DNA from: an uncultured Eubacteriales bacterium
GTDB lineage: Bacteria > Bacillota > Clostridia > Lachnospirales > Bianqueaceae
Direction: 5' to 3'
DNA: 64,000 nucleotides
NCBI GenBank assembly: GCA_900316145.1
Contig: ONBQ01000030.1
Span: 288-64,287, forward strand
Shown here: positions 1-9,049 of the stretch, one piece after another
Layout of the letters: every line of letters begins with the position of its first letter
Position numbering within the stretch: the first letter of the stretch is position 1
Translations under genes and position numbers: made by a program
The notes under the pieces: generated by a model
The model's input: only the letters and a program-made list of their open reading frames with translations
Databases searched by the model: none
What the model was told of the DNA's origin: nothing

Positions 1-1
1 C

Positions 2-76
2 TCCGTACTTCCGTTGCGCGCGGAGATCCGCAAGTCCATCGCTCAGCTGTGCACTCTTGAAAAGCTGGAGTGGTAA
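2..76 (+). CDS. C-terminal fragment of an unidentified protein (gene begins upstream of the window)
   Basis: Frame 2 is open from nt 2 to TAA at 74-76 (..SVLPLRAEIRKSIAQLCTLEKLEW*). A long hairpin terminator follows directly. Too short to name. Confidence 0.3.
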   Translation, partial: SVLPLRAEIRKSIAQLCTLEKLEW

Positions 77-85
77 TTGAAATAT

Positions 86-144
86 AAAGATCCCCCTGCG
101 GAAAACGACTTACAGGGTCTGTTTTCACAGGGGGATCTTTTTCT
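86..144. terminator. Bidirectional rho-independent terminator between convergent genes
   Basis: AAAGATCCCCCTG (86-98) pairs with CAGGGGGATCTTT (128-140), with inner GAAAAC/GTTTTC pairing, then TTTCT. It lies between the + fragment (stop 76) and the - peptidase (stop 155). Confidence 0.65.
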
Positions 145-154
145 ATGCTTCTTT

Positions 155-1399
155 TTATGCTTCTCTGCGTTTTCTGGCGAGATACTCATCCAGCTCATTC
201 TTGACTTTTTCCGGGATCTCACGCTTGACCGGGCACTTGACGGCATCGGCCATATGACGGGTGAATTCGGTCAGGAAGACGCCGTCCAGGCGGATCTGCT
301 CATCCGACAGGAGGTCCGGCGTGTCATACCGGTTGTGGATCGTGGCCTGGCTGGGATTGGCCGCGCGGGCGAAGGACACTGCGGGAATGCCCTTATCCGC
401 GAAGGGGGTGGAATCACTGGAATAGACGCCCTGGCGTGCCTTGACGGCAAAGCCGGTCTCAAAGCCTAAGTAGCTGATATAGCTGACCAAGGCTTCTTCC
501 GCGCTGGCGCAGGCGATGAAGTGTCCCATGTAGGTACCGATCATATCCAGGTTGATATTGAGGGCGATCTTGTCCAGTTCCGCCTCATGATCGCGCACAT
601 AGGCTTTGGAGCCCAGGAGACCTCGCTCCTCGCTGCCGCAGAAGACGAACCGCAGGCCGTAGCGGTGCGGCTTGTCCTTAAGAGCGTCCATGATGCACAG
701 CAGGCCAATGCAGCCGGACATGTTGTCATAGGAGCCGCGTGACAGGGGCACCGTGTCATAGTGCGCGCTTAAGACGATCCACTCATCACTCGTGCCGGGG
801 ATCTCCGCGACCACATTGTGAGATTCTCCTTCGGATTCGGTCTGATCGATGACGATGCGGGCTCCCACCGCGCCGCCTTTGACCAGGCGGAAGGCATCCT
901 TCGCGTTGACATTGGCGCCTAATACTTTATCGGCTCCGTCTCTGACATAGGGGCGGAGTTCTTTTTTGTCGATATCATGATCGCGATACCGCAGATTGCC
1001 GTCATAGGTGATGATCCCGGCCACACCGGCTTCCAGCAGGTCATGATAGGTGAAATATCCGACGCCGGTATCCAGCATGACGATCTTGCCCTTTACCTGG
1101 GTCAGGGACACCGGGCTGGTATCAGGAAGATACAGGAAAGGAGCTTCTGCCGTGCCGCTGCCGCTTAAACGATAGCCCTCACAGGGGATCTCTTCCTCAC
1201 GGCCGTTGGCGTAGGTGATATACAGGTGGGCCTCGTGCATCTCAGCCATTTCGACCGGAAAAGCTTCCAGATGAGCGGAAACGCCCAGGGATTCGCACTG
1301 CGCCTTTAAGTATTCAGCGACCTGGAGTTCTTCCGGTGTGCCACTGGTGTGGATAAAGTCTGTGTCTTTTAAGATCTGACGGATCTTGCGATGATTCAT
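155..1399 (-). CDS. M28-family metallo-aminopeptidase
   Basis: 414-aa ORF with a GGAGG RBS just upstream of the ATG at 1399. M28-type motifs: LSAHYDTVP, FCGSEERGLLGS, NLDMIG. Confidence 0.75.
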   Translation of the reverse strand: MNHRKIRQILKDTDFIHTSGTPEELQVAEYLKAQCESLGVSAHLEAFPVEMAEMHEAHLYITYANGREEEIPCEGYRLSGSGTAEAPFLYLPDTSPVSLTQVKGKIVMLDTGVGYFTYHDLLEAGVAGIITYDGNLRYRDHDIDKKELRPYVRDGADKVLGANVNAKDAFRLVKGGAVGARIVIDQTESEGESHNVVAEIPGTSDEWIVLSAHYDTVPLSRGSYDNMSGCIGLLCIMDALKDKPHRYGLRFVFCGSEERGLLGSKAYVRDHEAELDKIALNINLDMIGTYMGHFIACASAEEALVSYISYLGFETGFAVKARQGVYSSDSTPFADKGIPAVSFARAANPSQATIHNRYDTPDLLSDEQIRLDGVFLTEFTRHMADAVKCPVKREIPEKVKNELDEYLARKRREA

Positions 1400-1420
1400 A
1401 GTATACCTCCCTCATGAGGT

Positions 1421-2071
1421 TCAGGAAGCCTGCTCGCCAATGCTATGACCAAGCAAGGGTTCCGAGACGTGGCGGTTGAACAGATGGATGATGGGACCCA
1501 GTCCGAACGCGCAGACCAGGGTTCCGACACCCAGAAGGCCGCCGGCAAAGTAGCAGATGGCGACGCTGATGCAATCCGTGATCATGCGGCACCAGAAATA
1601 GGGGATGTGCCAATACTGGCTCATCATCACGGACAGGCTGTCATAAGGGGCAAGCCCGGTGTCCGATGTCTGATACAGGGAAAGACCAAAGCAGATGATC
1701 ACGATCCCGACGGCCATGGCCAGGATCTTCTGCGGCCAGGTGACGGGCGTTCCCATCAAGGATAACAGGGAGAAGGTCCACTGGGTAAAGAAACCGAGAC
1801 CGAACCAGTTCACGATGGTACCGATGCCGATGTAGCGGCGGCCCCAACGGATCTCCGCAAGGAAAAACATGATATTGTAAAGCATGTTGAAGACGCCTAA
1901 CTGCATACCGAGGAGCGCGGCCAGAGCCATGGATCCGGCGGAATAGGGATCGTTGCCGACAGTGGCCCATTTGAAGAAACCGCAGCCGACACCTACAAGA
2001 ATATTACCGATCAGCATACCAAGGATGCGGCGGATACCGACAGTTTGAAAATAAGAAGTAAGACGATTCAT
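1421..2071 (-). CDS. Polytopic membrane protein, YczE/YitT-like (function unknown)
   Basis: 216 aa with 5-6 hydrophobic helices and GNDPYS near TM1. Its start overlaps the stop of the upstream MATE gene (ATGA). Confidence 0.5.
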   Translation of the reverse strand: MNRLTSYFQTVGIRRILGMLIGNILVGVGCGFFKWATVGNDPYSAGSMALAALLGMQLGVFNMLYNIMFFLAEIRWGRRYIGIGTIVNWFGLGFFTQWTFSLLSLMGTPVTWPQKILAMAVGIVIICFGLSLYQTSDTGLAPYDSLSVMMSQYWHIPYFWCRMITDCISVAICYFAGGLLGVGTLVCAFGLGPIIHLFNRHVSEPLLGHSIGEQAS

Positions 2072-3411
2072 GAAAGATAACTCCGATCTTTGGACAGCTG
2101 ATGTGCCTTAAAATGATAATAAACGCAGAGGAACACAGCGGCGCCGACCCAGGCGGACATTTCCGCGAAAACGATGCCGGAGAAGCCATGAGAAGGGGCC
2201 AGAAGCAGGCAGAAGCCTACACGGAGCGCAAGCTCCAGGATACCGGACAGCATGGGCACTACGGTAAAGCCCATGGCCAGGCTGGCGTTGCGATATACGA
2301 ACAGGAAGTTCAGGATCCACAGGAAGGCGCCGCCGTAGGGCAGGAACTTCCGGCACAGAACGATGGTGTCATGATCCGAAAGCATCAGGCCGGCCAGCTG
2401 ATCCGGCAGGAACAATTCCAGAGAACCCAGGGCCAGTCCTACGATGAGGGCCATGATACAGGCCGAGACCACGCCCCGGCGGATCCGCTTCAGATCTTTG
2501 GCTCCGAAATTCTGTCCGACATAGGTGGATACCGACAGGCCGATGGCCACGCCCGGCTGCTCGAAAAAGGCGAAGAAACGCTGGCAGACCGCATAGGCGG
2601 CGGTGTAGACAGACCCCAGGCTGTTGATGAAGTATTGCAGCAGCATGCCGCCTAAAGCCGTGACCGAATTCATGAATCCGACCGGAAGGCCTAAGCGGAT
2701 CAGTTCCAGGATCTTGCGAAGATCCGGCCGCCAGTCCGAACGGGCAGGATGGACGATCTTGGCCGTACGAAGGCGGATGAGGCAGAACAGAGCGGACAGA
2801 GCCTGCGCGATGACAGTCGCGATGGCGGCTCCTGCCACGCCCCAATGGAAGGTGATCACGAACAGAAGATCGAGGACCACATTGACCAGGGAGGAAATAA
2901 CGATCGACCAGAGAGGAGTCTTGCTGTCCCCGATCGCCCGCAGCAGGAAGGAGCAATAGTTGTACAAAGTAGAGACGAACAGCCCGGCGCAGAAGATCTG
3001 CATGTAGATGCGGGCGTCCCGGAAGATATCGCTCGGGGTGCGCAGAAGCTTCAGGAGCGGAACGGTAAAGATCACGCTAAGAACAGAGATCAGAAGCCCC
3101 AGAGACAGGCAGGTGATCGCGCTCTGCGCAACGACCCGTTTCAGCCGGGGTTCGTCCTTTGCACCGTAAGCCTGCGCGATGGGGATCGAGACGCCGTTGG
3201 TAATGCCGCCTAAAAACCCGAAGATGAAGAAATGCAGGGACCCTGTCGACCCCACCGCTGCAAGAGCGCTGTCGCTGATGCCCTTGCCCACGATGATGGT
3301 ATCGACCAGATTATAGACTTGTTGAAAACAATTCCCCAGCAAGAGGGGAAAGAAGAATGATAGAATCAATTTCCACGGGGTGCCCCGTGTCATATCCTTT
3401 TCCATAGCCAT
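2068..3411 (-). CDS. MATE-family multidrug/efflux transporter
   Basis: 447 aa, about 12 TM. N-terminal MATE motif PLLLGNCFQQVYNLVDTIIVGK. Confidence 0.85.
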   Translation of the reverse strand: MAMEKDMTRGTPWKLILSFFFPLLLGNCFQQVYNLVDTIIVGKGISDSALAAVGSTGSLHFFIFGFLGGITNGVSIPIAQAYGAKDEPRLKRVVAQSAITCLSLGLLISVLSVIFTVPLLKLLRTPSDIFRDARIYMQIFCAGLFVSTLYNYCSFLLRAIGDSKTPLWSIVISSLVNVVLDLLFVITFHWGVAGAAIATVIAQALSALFCLIRLRTAKIVHPARSDWRPDLRKILELIRLGLPVGFMNSVTALGGMLLQYFINSLGSVYTAAYAVCQRFFAFFEQPGVAIGLSVSTYVGQNFGAKDLKRIRRGVVSACIMALIVGLALGSLELFLPDQLAGLMLSDHDTIVLCRKFLPYGGAFLWILNFLFVYRNASLAMGFTVVPMLSGILELALRVGFCLLLAPSHGFSGIVFAEMSAWVGAAVFLCVYYHFKAHQLSKDRSYLS

Positions 3412-3418
3412 GATAGAG

Positions 3419-4792
3419 TCAATCCTCCACGACAGGGGCTTCAGCCTGTTCAGCCCTCAGATAGGCGTTCAAACGACGGTTCAGGAACAGACAGATGATC
3501 ATACTGATCACCTCCGCGGCTGGAACCGCGAACCAAAGCAGCTCTTCCTTACGGAAAAGAGACAGGATCCAGAAAAACCCGACCAGGAACAGGAACTGCC
3601 GGCCGATATTGACGATCAAAGAATAGCGTGCGTGGTTGAGCGACTGGAACGACGTTGAGGAAATGATGCACACCGCGCCGAAAGGCATGGCCAGACTTAA
3701 GATCCGGATGGCCGGCGTACCCAGACGAAGCATATTCGCGGACGCGCTGAACAGCTTCAGCACCGGTGCAGGGATCAGCTCAAACAGGACGAGCAGCAGG
3801 AGCATCAGGCACACGGCCCAGGTCAGAGCGGTACGTCGGGCTTCCAGTACGCGGTCCTTTCTGCCGGCCCCAAAATTATAGGATAGGATGGGGACCAGCC
3901 CATTATTCATGCCAAACAACGGCATGTATACGAAGCTTTGCAGTTTCTGCCAGATACCGTAAAGAGCGGTGACAGTGACACCGAAAGACAGACAGATCTG
4001 ATTGACGCAGAATGAGGTGATAGAACCCAGGCCAATGGTGATCATGGAAGGAATGCCGACTCCGTATATCTGCCCGGCGATCCGGCTCCGGAAGCGGATA
4101 TAGCGCAGCTTCAGAGAAACGGAAGAGTTTTTCTTATGATTCAGAACGAGAGCGGTAACGGCCGCCGCGATCTGGCCGATGACGGTGGCCAACGCTGCGC
4201 CGGACACGCCCATTCTGGGCAACGGTCCCGCTCCGAAGATCAGAAGCGGATCCAGGATCAGGTTGGTCAAAGCGCCGGCAGCCATGCTGGCCATGGACAA
4301 TACAGGGTTGCCGGTCGCCACCAGAAGCTTTTCCAGGATCTGGCCGAAGAAGATGCCTCCGCAGACACCGGTGCAGATCCTCAGGTATTGGGTGCCGTAT
4401 TGAACGATCGCCTGATTATCGGTCTGCAGACGGAAGTAGGAGTGAGAGAACAGAAGGCCTAGCGTCGTGAAAAGGATCGTCCAGATCAGGCACAGAAAGA
4501 GGGCCGTGCCGGCGACCTGATCCGCCCCTTCGTTGTCTTTCATGCTGAGCTTGCGCGGGACCAGGGCGTTGATGCCGACACCGGTACCGACAGCGACAGC
4601 GGTCATGACGTTCTGCATGGGGAACGACAAAGAGACCGCGGTCAGCGCTTCTTCGCTGATACGGGCGACAAAGATGGAATCGACCGTATTGTACAGAGCC
4701 TGGATGAAATAGGAGATCATCATCGGGATGGACATGGTCAGAAGCAGCTTTTTGATGGGCATCACACCCAGTTTGTTTTCGGAGGGAGCCAT
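3419..4792 (-). CDS. MATE-family multidrug/efflux transporter
   Basis: 457 aa, polytopic. Motif SIPMMISYFIQALYNTVDSIFVAR. Tandem with the previous MATE gene. Confidence 0.85.
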   Translation of the reverse strand: MAPSENKLGVMPIKKLLLTMSIPMMISYFIQALYNTVDSIFVARISEEALTAVSLSFPMQNVMTAVAVGTGVGINALVPRKLSMKDNEGADQVAGTALFLCLIWTILFTTLGLLFSHSYFRLQTDNQAIVQYGTQYLRICTGVCGGIFFGQILEKLLVATGNPVLSMASMAAGALTNLILDPLLIFGAGPLPRMGVSGAALATVIGQIAAAVTALVLNHKKNSSVSLKLRYIRFRSRIAGQIYGVGIPSMITIGLGSITSFCVNQICLSFGVTVTALYGIWQKLQSFVYMPLFGMNNGLVPILSYNFGAGRKDRVLEARRTALTWAVCLMLLLLVLFELIPAPVLKLFSASANMLRLGTPAIRILSLAMPFGAVCIISSTSFQSLNHARYSLIVNIGRQFLFLVGFFWILSLFRKEELLWFAVPAAEVISMIICLFLNRRLNAYLRAEQAEAPVVED

Positions 4793-4795
4793 GGA

Positions 4796-5449
4796 TTACC
4801 TCGTTTCTAAAAGATAGGCTTGAACAGCGGCCAGATCCGGGAGGATCGCTTCGCTTAAGCGTTCCATTTCTTCCGTAGGCGGCAGCATGTCCGGTACCAT
4901 GATCGTATGCATGCCGGCAGAAGAAGCGGAACGAACGCCGTTATAAGAATCCTCGATGGCGTAGGCATCTTCCGGCGCGGTACCGGCCTTCTCACAAGCC
5001 ATGAGATAGATGTCAGGCGCCGGCTTGCTCCGGGACAAAAGATCCCCGCCGATCACGACGTCAAAGAAGGACAACAGACCGGCCTGCGACAATTCACGCC
5101 GGACCGTTTCCAGATAGGTGGAGGAGGCCAGGCCGATGGTGAAGCCGTTCTGTTTTAAAGCTGTGAGAAGCTCTGTTACATGGGGCTTCATGGGCATGCC
5201 GTGCTCCTCGTTATACTGGCGGAAAGCGGCGAAGGGACGGGCTTTGAACTCGGCAAAGGGGGGGAGTTCCGGATAATCCCGGGCCATCATCTCCTCGCAA
5301 TACTGTTCGGTCACGCCGACACATTTCATGTACAGCTCCGTGATGTCACCGAAGTTATAACGGTCCGCTTCCTCCTGCCAGAATCGCTTCATTACGGATT
5401 CGGTGTCGAAAATGACGCCGTCCATATCAAAAATGACTGTTTTTTTCAT
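4796..5449 (-). CDS. HAD-IA family hydrolase (beta-phosphoglucomutase-like phosphatase)
   Basis: 217 aa. HAD motif I FDMDGVIFDTE, motif II LASST, motif IV AIEDSYNG. Confidence 0.8.
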   Translation of the reverse strand: MKKTVIFDMDGVIFDTESVMKRFWQEEADRYNFGDITELYMKCVGVTEQYCEEMMARDYPELPPFAEFKARPFAAFRQYNEEHGMPMKPHVTELLTALKQNGFTIGLASSTYLETVRRELSQAGLLSFFDVVIGGDLLSRSKPAPDIYLMACEKAGTAPEDAYAIEDSYNGVRSASSAGMHTIMVPDMLPPTEEMERLSEAILPDLAAVQAYLLETR

Positions 5450-5461
5450 CAGGATATTCCT

Positions 5462-6325
5462 TTACTGGATGTGCTCGTGATTGTACAGATGATCCATGCA
5501 GTACTCATATTGACCACCGCACTTGGAGCAGTAACGGAACTGCATATTGGGATCATCCAGTTCGGTCTTTCCGCAGATATGGCAGCGGTGGAACGCGACT
5601 TGGGTGACCTTGCCCCCCGCGGACTGACCCCTCGGGGAAGAAGGACGAGAGCCAAAGGGCGAAGGACGCCTTGCGCCGGAACCATAGATATTGGTCTTCT
5701 TGTAATACTTTTCCCGGCGGATCATAGCTTTGATGATCTGATACAGCTGCGGTCCGAAGAACAGCAGATAATTGGCCAGGGAGAACAGAATGTAGAACCG
5801 GTTGGTCCAGGTAGGCCCGGCAATGAACTGGACCAGGAGCATGACCGCGCTCAGCCAGCCCAGCCATTTGACCTTGATGGGCAGGATAAAGAAGATGAGG
5901 ACCGTCATTTCCGGGAACAGTGTGGCGAACGCCAGGAACAGAGTCTCATTCAAGTAATCGGGAAGGCCATAGACCCGCAGGATGAACGCGGCGAGAATGG
6001 CGAAGATCATACCGGTGAAATAGAAAACATTGAACCGGAACGCGCCCCATCTGGCCTCCAGCATCTTGCCGATAAAATAGTAGAAATATAAGGAGATCGC
6101 GGTGAAAAACGGGTTGGACAGATTGCTGGGGATAAAGATGAAGGTGAACAATCTCCACACCTGCCCCTTGGCCACCAGCGAAGGGTCAAGATAGATATAT
6201 GACAGATAGTTCGGGTTCGCCAGATACAGCACGTAGGCAACGATGGTGCCGATGACGATATAAAGCATGAGGTTGGGGATGGCGTACCGTCCGATCTTAC
6301 GTTCGAGTTTATCTAAAAGGTTCAT
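5462..6325 (-). CDS. Rhomboid-like polytopic membrane protein with a C-terminal CxxC..CxxC zinc ribbon
   Basis: I chose the ATG at 6325 (GGAGG RBS 8 nt upstream) over the TTG at 6355, which lies at or upstream of the predicted TSS. Rhomboid-like GQVWRLFTFIFIP. C-terminal HRCHICGK..YCSKCGG. Confidence 0.5.
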   Translation of the reverse strand: MNLLDKLERKIGRYAIPNLMLYIVIGTIVAYVLYLANPNYLSYIYLDPSLVAKGQVWRLFTFIFIPSNLSNPFFTAISLYFYYFIGKMLEARWGAFRFNVFYFTGMIFAILAAFILRVYGLPDYLNETLFLAFATLFPEMTVLIFFILPIKVKWLGWLSAVMLLVQFIAGPTWTNRFYILFSLANYLLFFGPQLYQIIKAMIRREKYYKKTNIYGSGARRPSPFGSRPSSPRGQSAGGKVTQVAFHRCHICGKTELDDPNMQFRYCSKCGGQYEYCMDHLYNHEHIQ

Positions 6326-6360
6326 AAAATACCTCCATTCTTGTGGGATGATCAAAGTTG

Positions 6361-6389
6361 ATTATATCACAAGGAGGTCCATCTGTAAA
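6361..6389 (-). promoter_or_regulatory. Sigma-70-type promoter of the minus-strand operon 6325->155
   Basis: On the minus strand: TTTACA (6389-6384), 17-nt spacer, TATAAT (6366-6361). Confidence 0.55.
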
Positions 6390-6631
6390 TTTCACAAAAT
6401 GTAAAAAAAGTATAAAGGAATGAAGAAAAACCTCGCTTTTGCGACAGAAGAGAGGATAGAGGAACACGGCTCTTTCGCCCGGAAGGATACAAAACTAAGC
6501 CTTCAGGATCATTTTTCTGTCCAACCGGTGAACGATCTGTAAACTTTCGGAGGAATTCCTCGAAAGCGATGTCCATTTTCCCCAAAACGGACTGATACAG
6601 GGTATACGGCAAAAACGGAAAGGGGAAAAAG

Positions 6632-7114
6632 ATGCAAAAGAAACCATGGCTCAGACCGCTCATCAAATGGGGGCTTTTGATCGCCACATTGGCAGGGATC
6701 CTCCGGTTCGTCTTAGGCGTGTATCCGGTACACACTCAGGCCATGTACCCATCTTTGCGGGATGGTGACTTGCTGATCCTTTTGCGGTCTTCTTCGCCCG
6801 ATCCCGGAGATGTCGTATGCTACCGCGGCAGGAATGGAAAACTTCGTGTTTCGAGGGTGCAGGCCGTGCAAGGACAGGTGGTCAGTTTCGAAGAGACAGG
6901 ATGGCTTCTGGATGGGGTGATCCCGAACGATCCTTATTGGACGGAGACAAAGCCGGATCCTTCCGGTTCCGTTACGAACCCGCATCGGGTCGGCGGTTAT
7001 TTCGTGATGGATGACGATCGGACACAGAGGGGAGACAGCCGGAGCGAGGGAGATGTCGAGCCGGGTCAGATCATAGGCAAGGTCATCTTCCTGCTTCGGG
7101 TCCGCGGCTGGTAA
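6632..7114 (+). CDS. SipA/LepA-like signal-peptidase-I homologue (pilus assembly chaperone type, probably non-catalytic)
   Basis: 160 aa with an N-terminal TM and the S26 fold boxes (AMYPSLRDGDLLIL; VSRVQAVQGQVV; GDSRSEGD). The Ser/Lys dyad positions read Ala37 and Ser74. It is the first gene of the pilus locus. Confidence 0.7.
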   Translation: MQKKPWLRPLIKWGLLIATLAGILRFVLGVYPVHTQAMYPSLRDGDLLILLRSSSPDPGDVVCYRGRNGKLRVSRVQAVQGQVVSFEETGWLLDGVIPNDPYWTETKPDPSGSVTNPHRVGGYFVMDDDRTQRGDSRSEGDVEPGQIIGKVIFLLRVRGW

Positions 7115-7137
7115 AAAAATGGAAAAGGAGAACAGAC

Positions 7138-8358
7138 ATGAAGATCAGAAGATGGACAGCAGGAATCTTGGCGGGACTGTGCCTTATGGCCGGCAGCATG
7201 CCGGCACAGGCCGCAGGAAGCAACTACACGGCGGTCAACGGGGAGACCGTCAGCTTTGATAAGTATCTGGTCATGGATAGCCAAGCAAACGTTCCAAACC
7301 AGAGCTTCGAATTTACTATCGCCCCGGCAGCAGAGGGATTAGCGGATTTGTCCGGCAAGCTGGTACTGCAGTCAGGTTCGGCGTCCTCTGTTCAGGGAGC
7401 ACCTACGATCGCCTCAGGCCAGGCGGTATTCGCGGTAGGAGATACCACTTACACGTCCGTACAGAAACATCTGGATACCGGGACGCGCCAGGCGACCCAG
7501 GCCAATGACAATGTCACCCTGGAAGAAGGTGAAAAATACGCCAGGAAGCAGGTGCAGGTCGATTTCAGTCAGGTATCCTTCAGCGAACCCGGTGTCTTTC
7601 GTTGGGTCATAACTGAAACTGAAAACGATAAATTAGGCATTTCCAATGATGCGGACGCTACGCGCAACATGGATGTCTACGTCGTGGATAATGATGGCAC
7701 CCTCATCGTACAGGCTTATGTCCTGCACAATGATGACAGCTTCCAGGCGGATAAGCAGGGTCAGGGGGCGGAGCCGGCCTATGGCAAGTGTCCAGGCTAT
7801 ATGAACAGGTATACGACCCACGACCTTACCCTTTCCAAGATGGTCACCGGCAACCAGGGTTCCAAAGATCAGTATTTCCGATTCACGGTGAACATCCAGG
7901 CAGACACGCCGGGTACGAAGTTTGACGTGGACCTGAGCCAGGCAGATGCCACTACGCTTGTCAATGCCTACAGTCCCGAGGCGCATACCAATCCGGCACA
8001 GCTGACGCTGGGATCGGACAATACCGTTACGCAGGATTTCTGGCTGCAGCATGGCCAAAGTATCGTGATCCAGGGTCTTCCGGATGGAGCCAGCTACACC
8101 ATCACAGAAGCCACCGAAGATTATCGCGTTGCGACCCAGGTCAAGGAAGGCGATGGCGAAGAACAGGCGGGCACCGCATCTGAAGTTTCCGATACGGCGA
8201 TCCAGGGAGATACGACGGTCAGATATACGAACGATAAGACCGGCATCATTCCCACCAACCTTATCACCCACTCCGGGCCATACGCGGCGATCGCCGCTTC
8301 AGGCATCTGCCTGCTGCTCCTTGCGGCTGCGCGGAGAATGAAACGTGAAAAAGCCTGA
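7138..8358 (+). CDS. Major (backbone) pilin, FctA/T-antigen-like, cell-wall sorting signal IPTN
   Basis: Signal peptide ..SMPAQA. N-terminal FDKYLVMDSQANVPNQSFEFTI is typical of Spy0128-like pilins. C-terminus is IPTN + hydrophobic helix + RRMKREK. Confidence 0.7.
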   Translation: MKIRRWTAGILAGLCLMAGSMPAQAAGSNYTAVNGETVSFDKYLVMDSQANVPNQSFEFTIAPAAEGLADLSGKLVLQSGSASSVQGAPTIASGQAVFAVGDTTYTSVQKHLDTGTRQATQANDNVTLEEGEKYARKQVQVDFSQVSFSEPGVFRWVITETENDKLGISNDADATRNMDVYVVDNDGTLIVQAYVLHNDDSFQADKQGQGAEPAYGKCPGYMNRYTTHDLTLSKMVTGNQGSKDQYFRFTVNIQADTPGTKFDVDLSQADATTLVNAYSPEAHTNPAQLTLGSDNTVTQDFWLQHGQSIVIQGLPDGASYTITEATEDYRVATQVKEGDGEEQAGTASEVSDTAIQGDTTVRYTNDKTGIIPTNLITHSGPYAAIAASGICLLLLAAARRMKREKA

Positions 8359-9049
8359 TCTCTGGCGCGTTCTGGATCGATCGGCTGATCGTTTGATCTG
8401 CTTGTGCTTACTCATCGTGATCCTGACAGCCAGCTACGCGGCCTATGATGCGGGATGGCTTTTGGATCACGCAAAGGATCCGACTCTTCGGGATCACAGA
8501 CCCGGTGATCCCCAGGAGCTGGTTTCTGAAAAGAGCATCAGTGAAGATCAGGTAGCCTGGCTTGTGATCGATGATACTTCGATCGATTATCCTGTCATGC
8601 AGGCGGACAATAACATGGAGTACCTGAATAAGGATCCCTACGGAGAGTTTTCCTTAAGCGGATCGATCTTTCTGGATTACCGGAACAGCCCGCAATTCTC
8701 TGACGAGTATTCCATCCTTTACGGTCATCACATGGAAAACGGGATCCTGTTTGGCGCGTTGGATCATTTCCGGGACACGGATTACACGCAGTCCCACAGG
8801 GAAGGATCGATCATCACAAAAGAAGGAAGCTTTCGGTTTACGGTCTTTTGCGTGACGGAAGCGGATGCCAGGGAAAGCGGCCTGTTTGCCCCGACCGGCA
8901 GAGAACAGGCATTGGAAAGGCTCAAGGAACAGCCTTTGTTTTATGAAGAGCCGCAAGAAGGCTCTCTTGTCGCGCTGTCGACCTGTATCGGCGCGGCCAA
9001 TACCCGGCGGCTCATGGTCGTGGGAACGATAAAGAAGGATGAAGAATGA
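8345..9049 (+). CDS. srtB: Class B sortase (pilin polymerase type)
   Basis: GTG start overlapping the pilin 3' end, with an N-terminal TM. SrtB-type motifs VAWLVIDDTSIDYPVMQADNNMEYL, GSIFLDYRN, ILYGHHMENGILFG, ALSTC, RRLMVVG. Confidence 0.8.
   Translation: MKKPDLWRVLDRSADRLICLCLLIVILTASYAAYDAGWLLDHAKDPTLRDHRPGDPQELVSEKSISEDQVAWLVIDDTSIDYPVMQADNNMEYLNKDPYGEFSLSGSIFLDYRNSPQFSDEYSILYGHHMENGILFGALDHFRDTDYTQSHREGSIITKEGSFRFTVFCVTEADARESGLFAPTGREQALERLKEQPLFYEEPQEGSLVALSTCIGAANTRRLMVVGTIKKDEE

Noticed and set aside
5180-6091. 303-aa plus-strand ORF overlapping the HAD and rhomboid-like genes. The same applies to 18041-18742 (-), 21542-22396 (-), 20519-21199 (-), 31425-32333 (-) and 33479-34357 (-).
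   Set aside because: All of them overlap better-supported genes on the opposite strand, and all have composition typical of non-coding frames.
6367-6735. 122-aa minus ORF in the 300-nt region upstream of the pilus locus. An imperfect palindrome CTTTCGGAGGAATTCCTCGAAAG also lies near 6546-6568.
   Set aside because: The ORF product is implausible (F/P-rich, no RBS) and overlaps the sipA-like start. The palindrome is noted, but I cannot tie it to a promoter or regulator, so I make no call.
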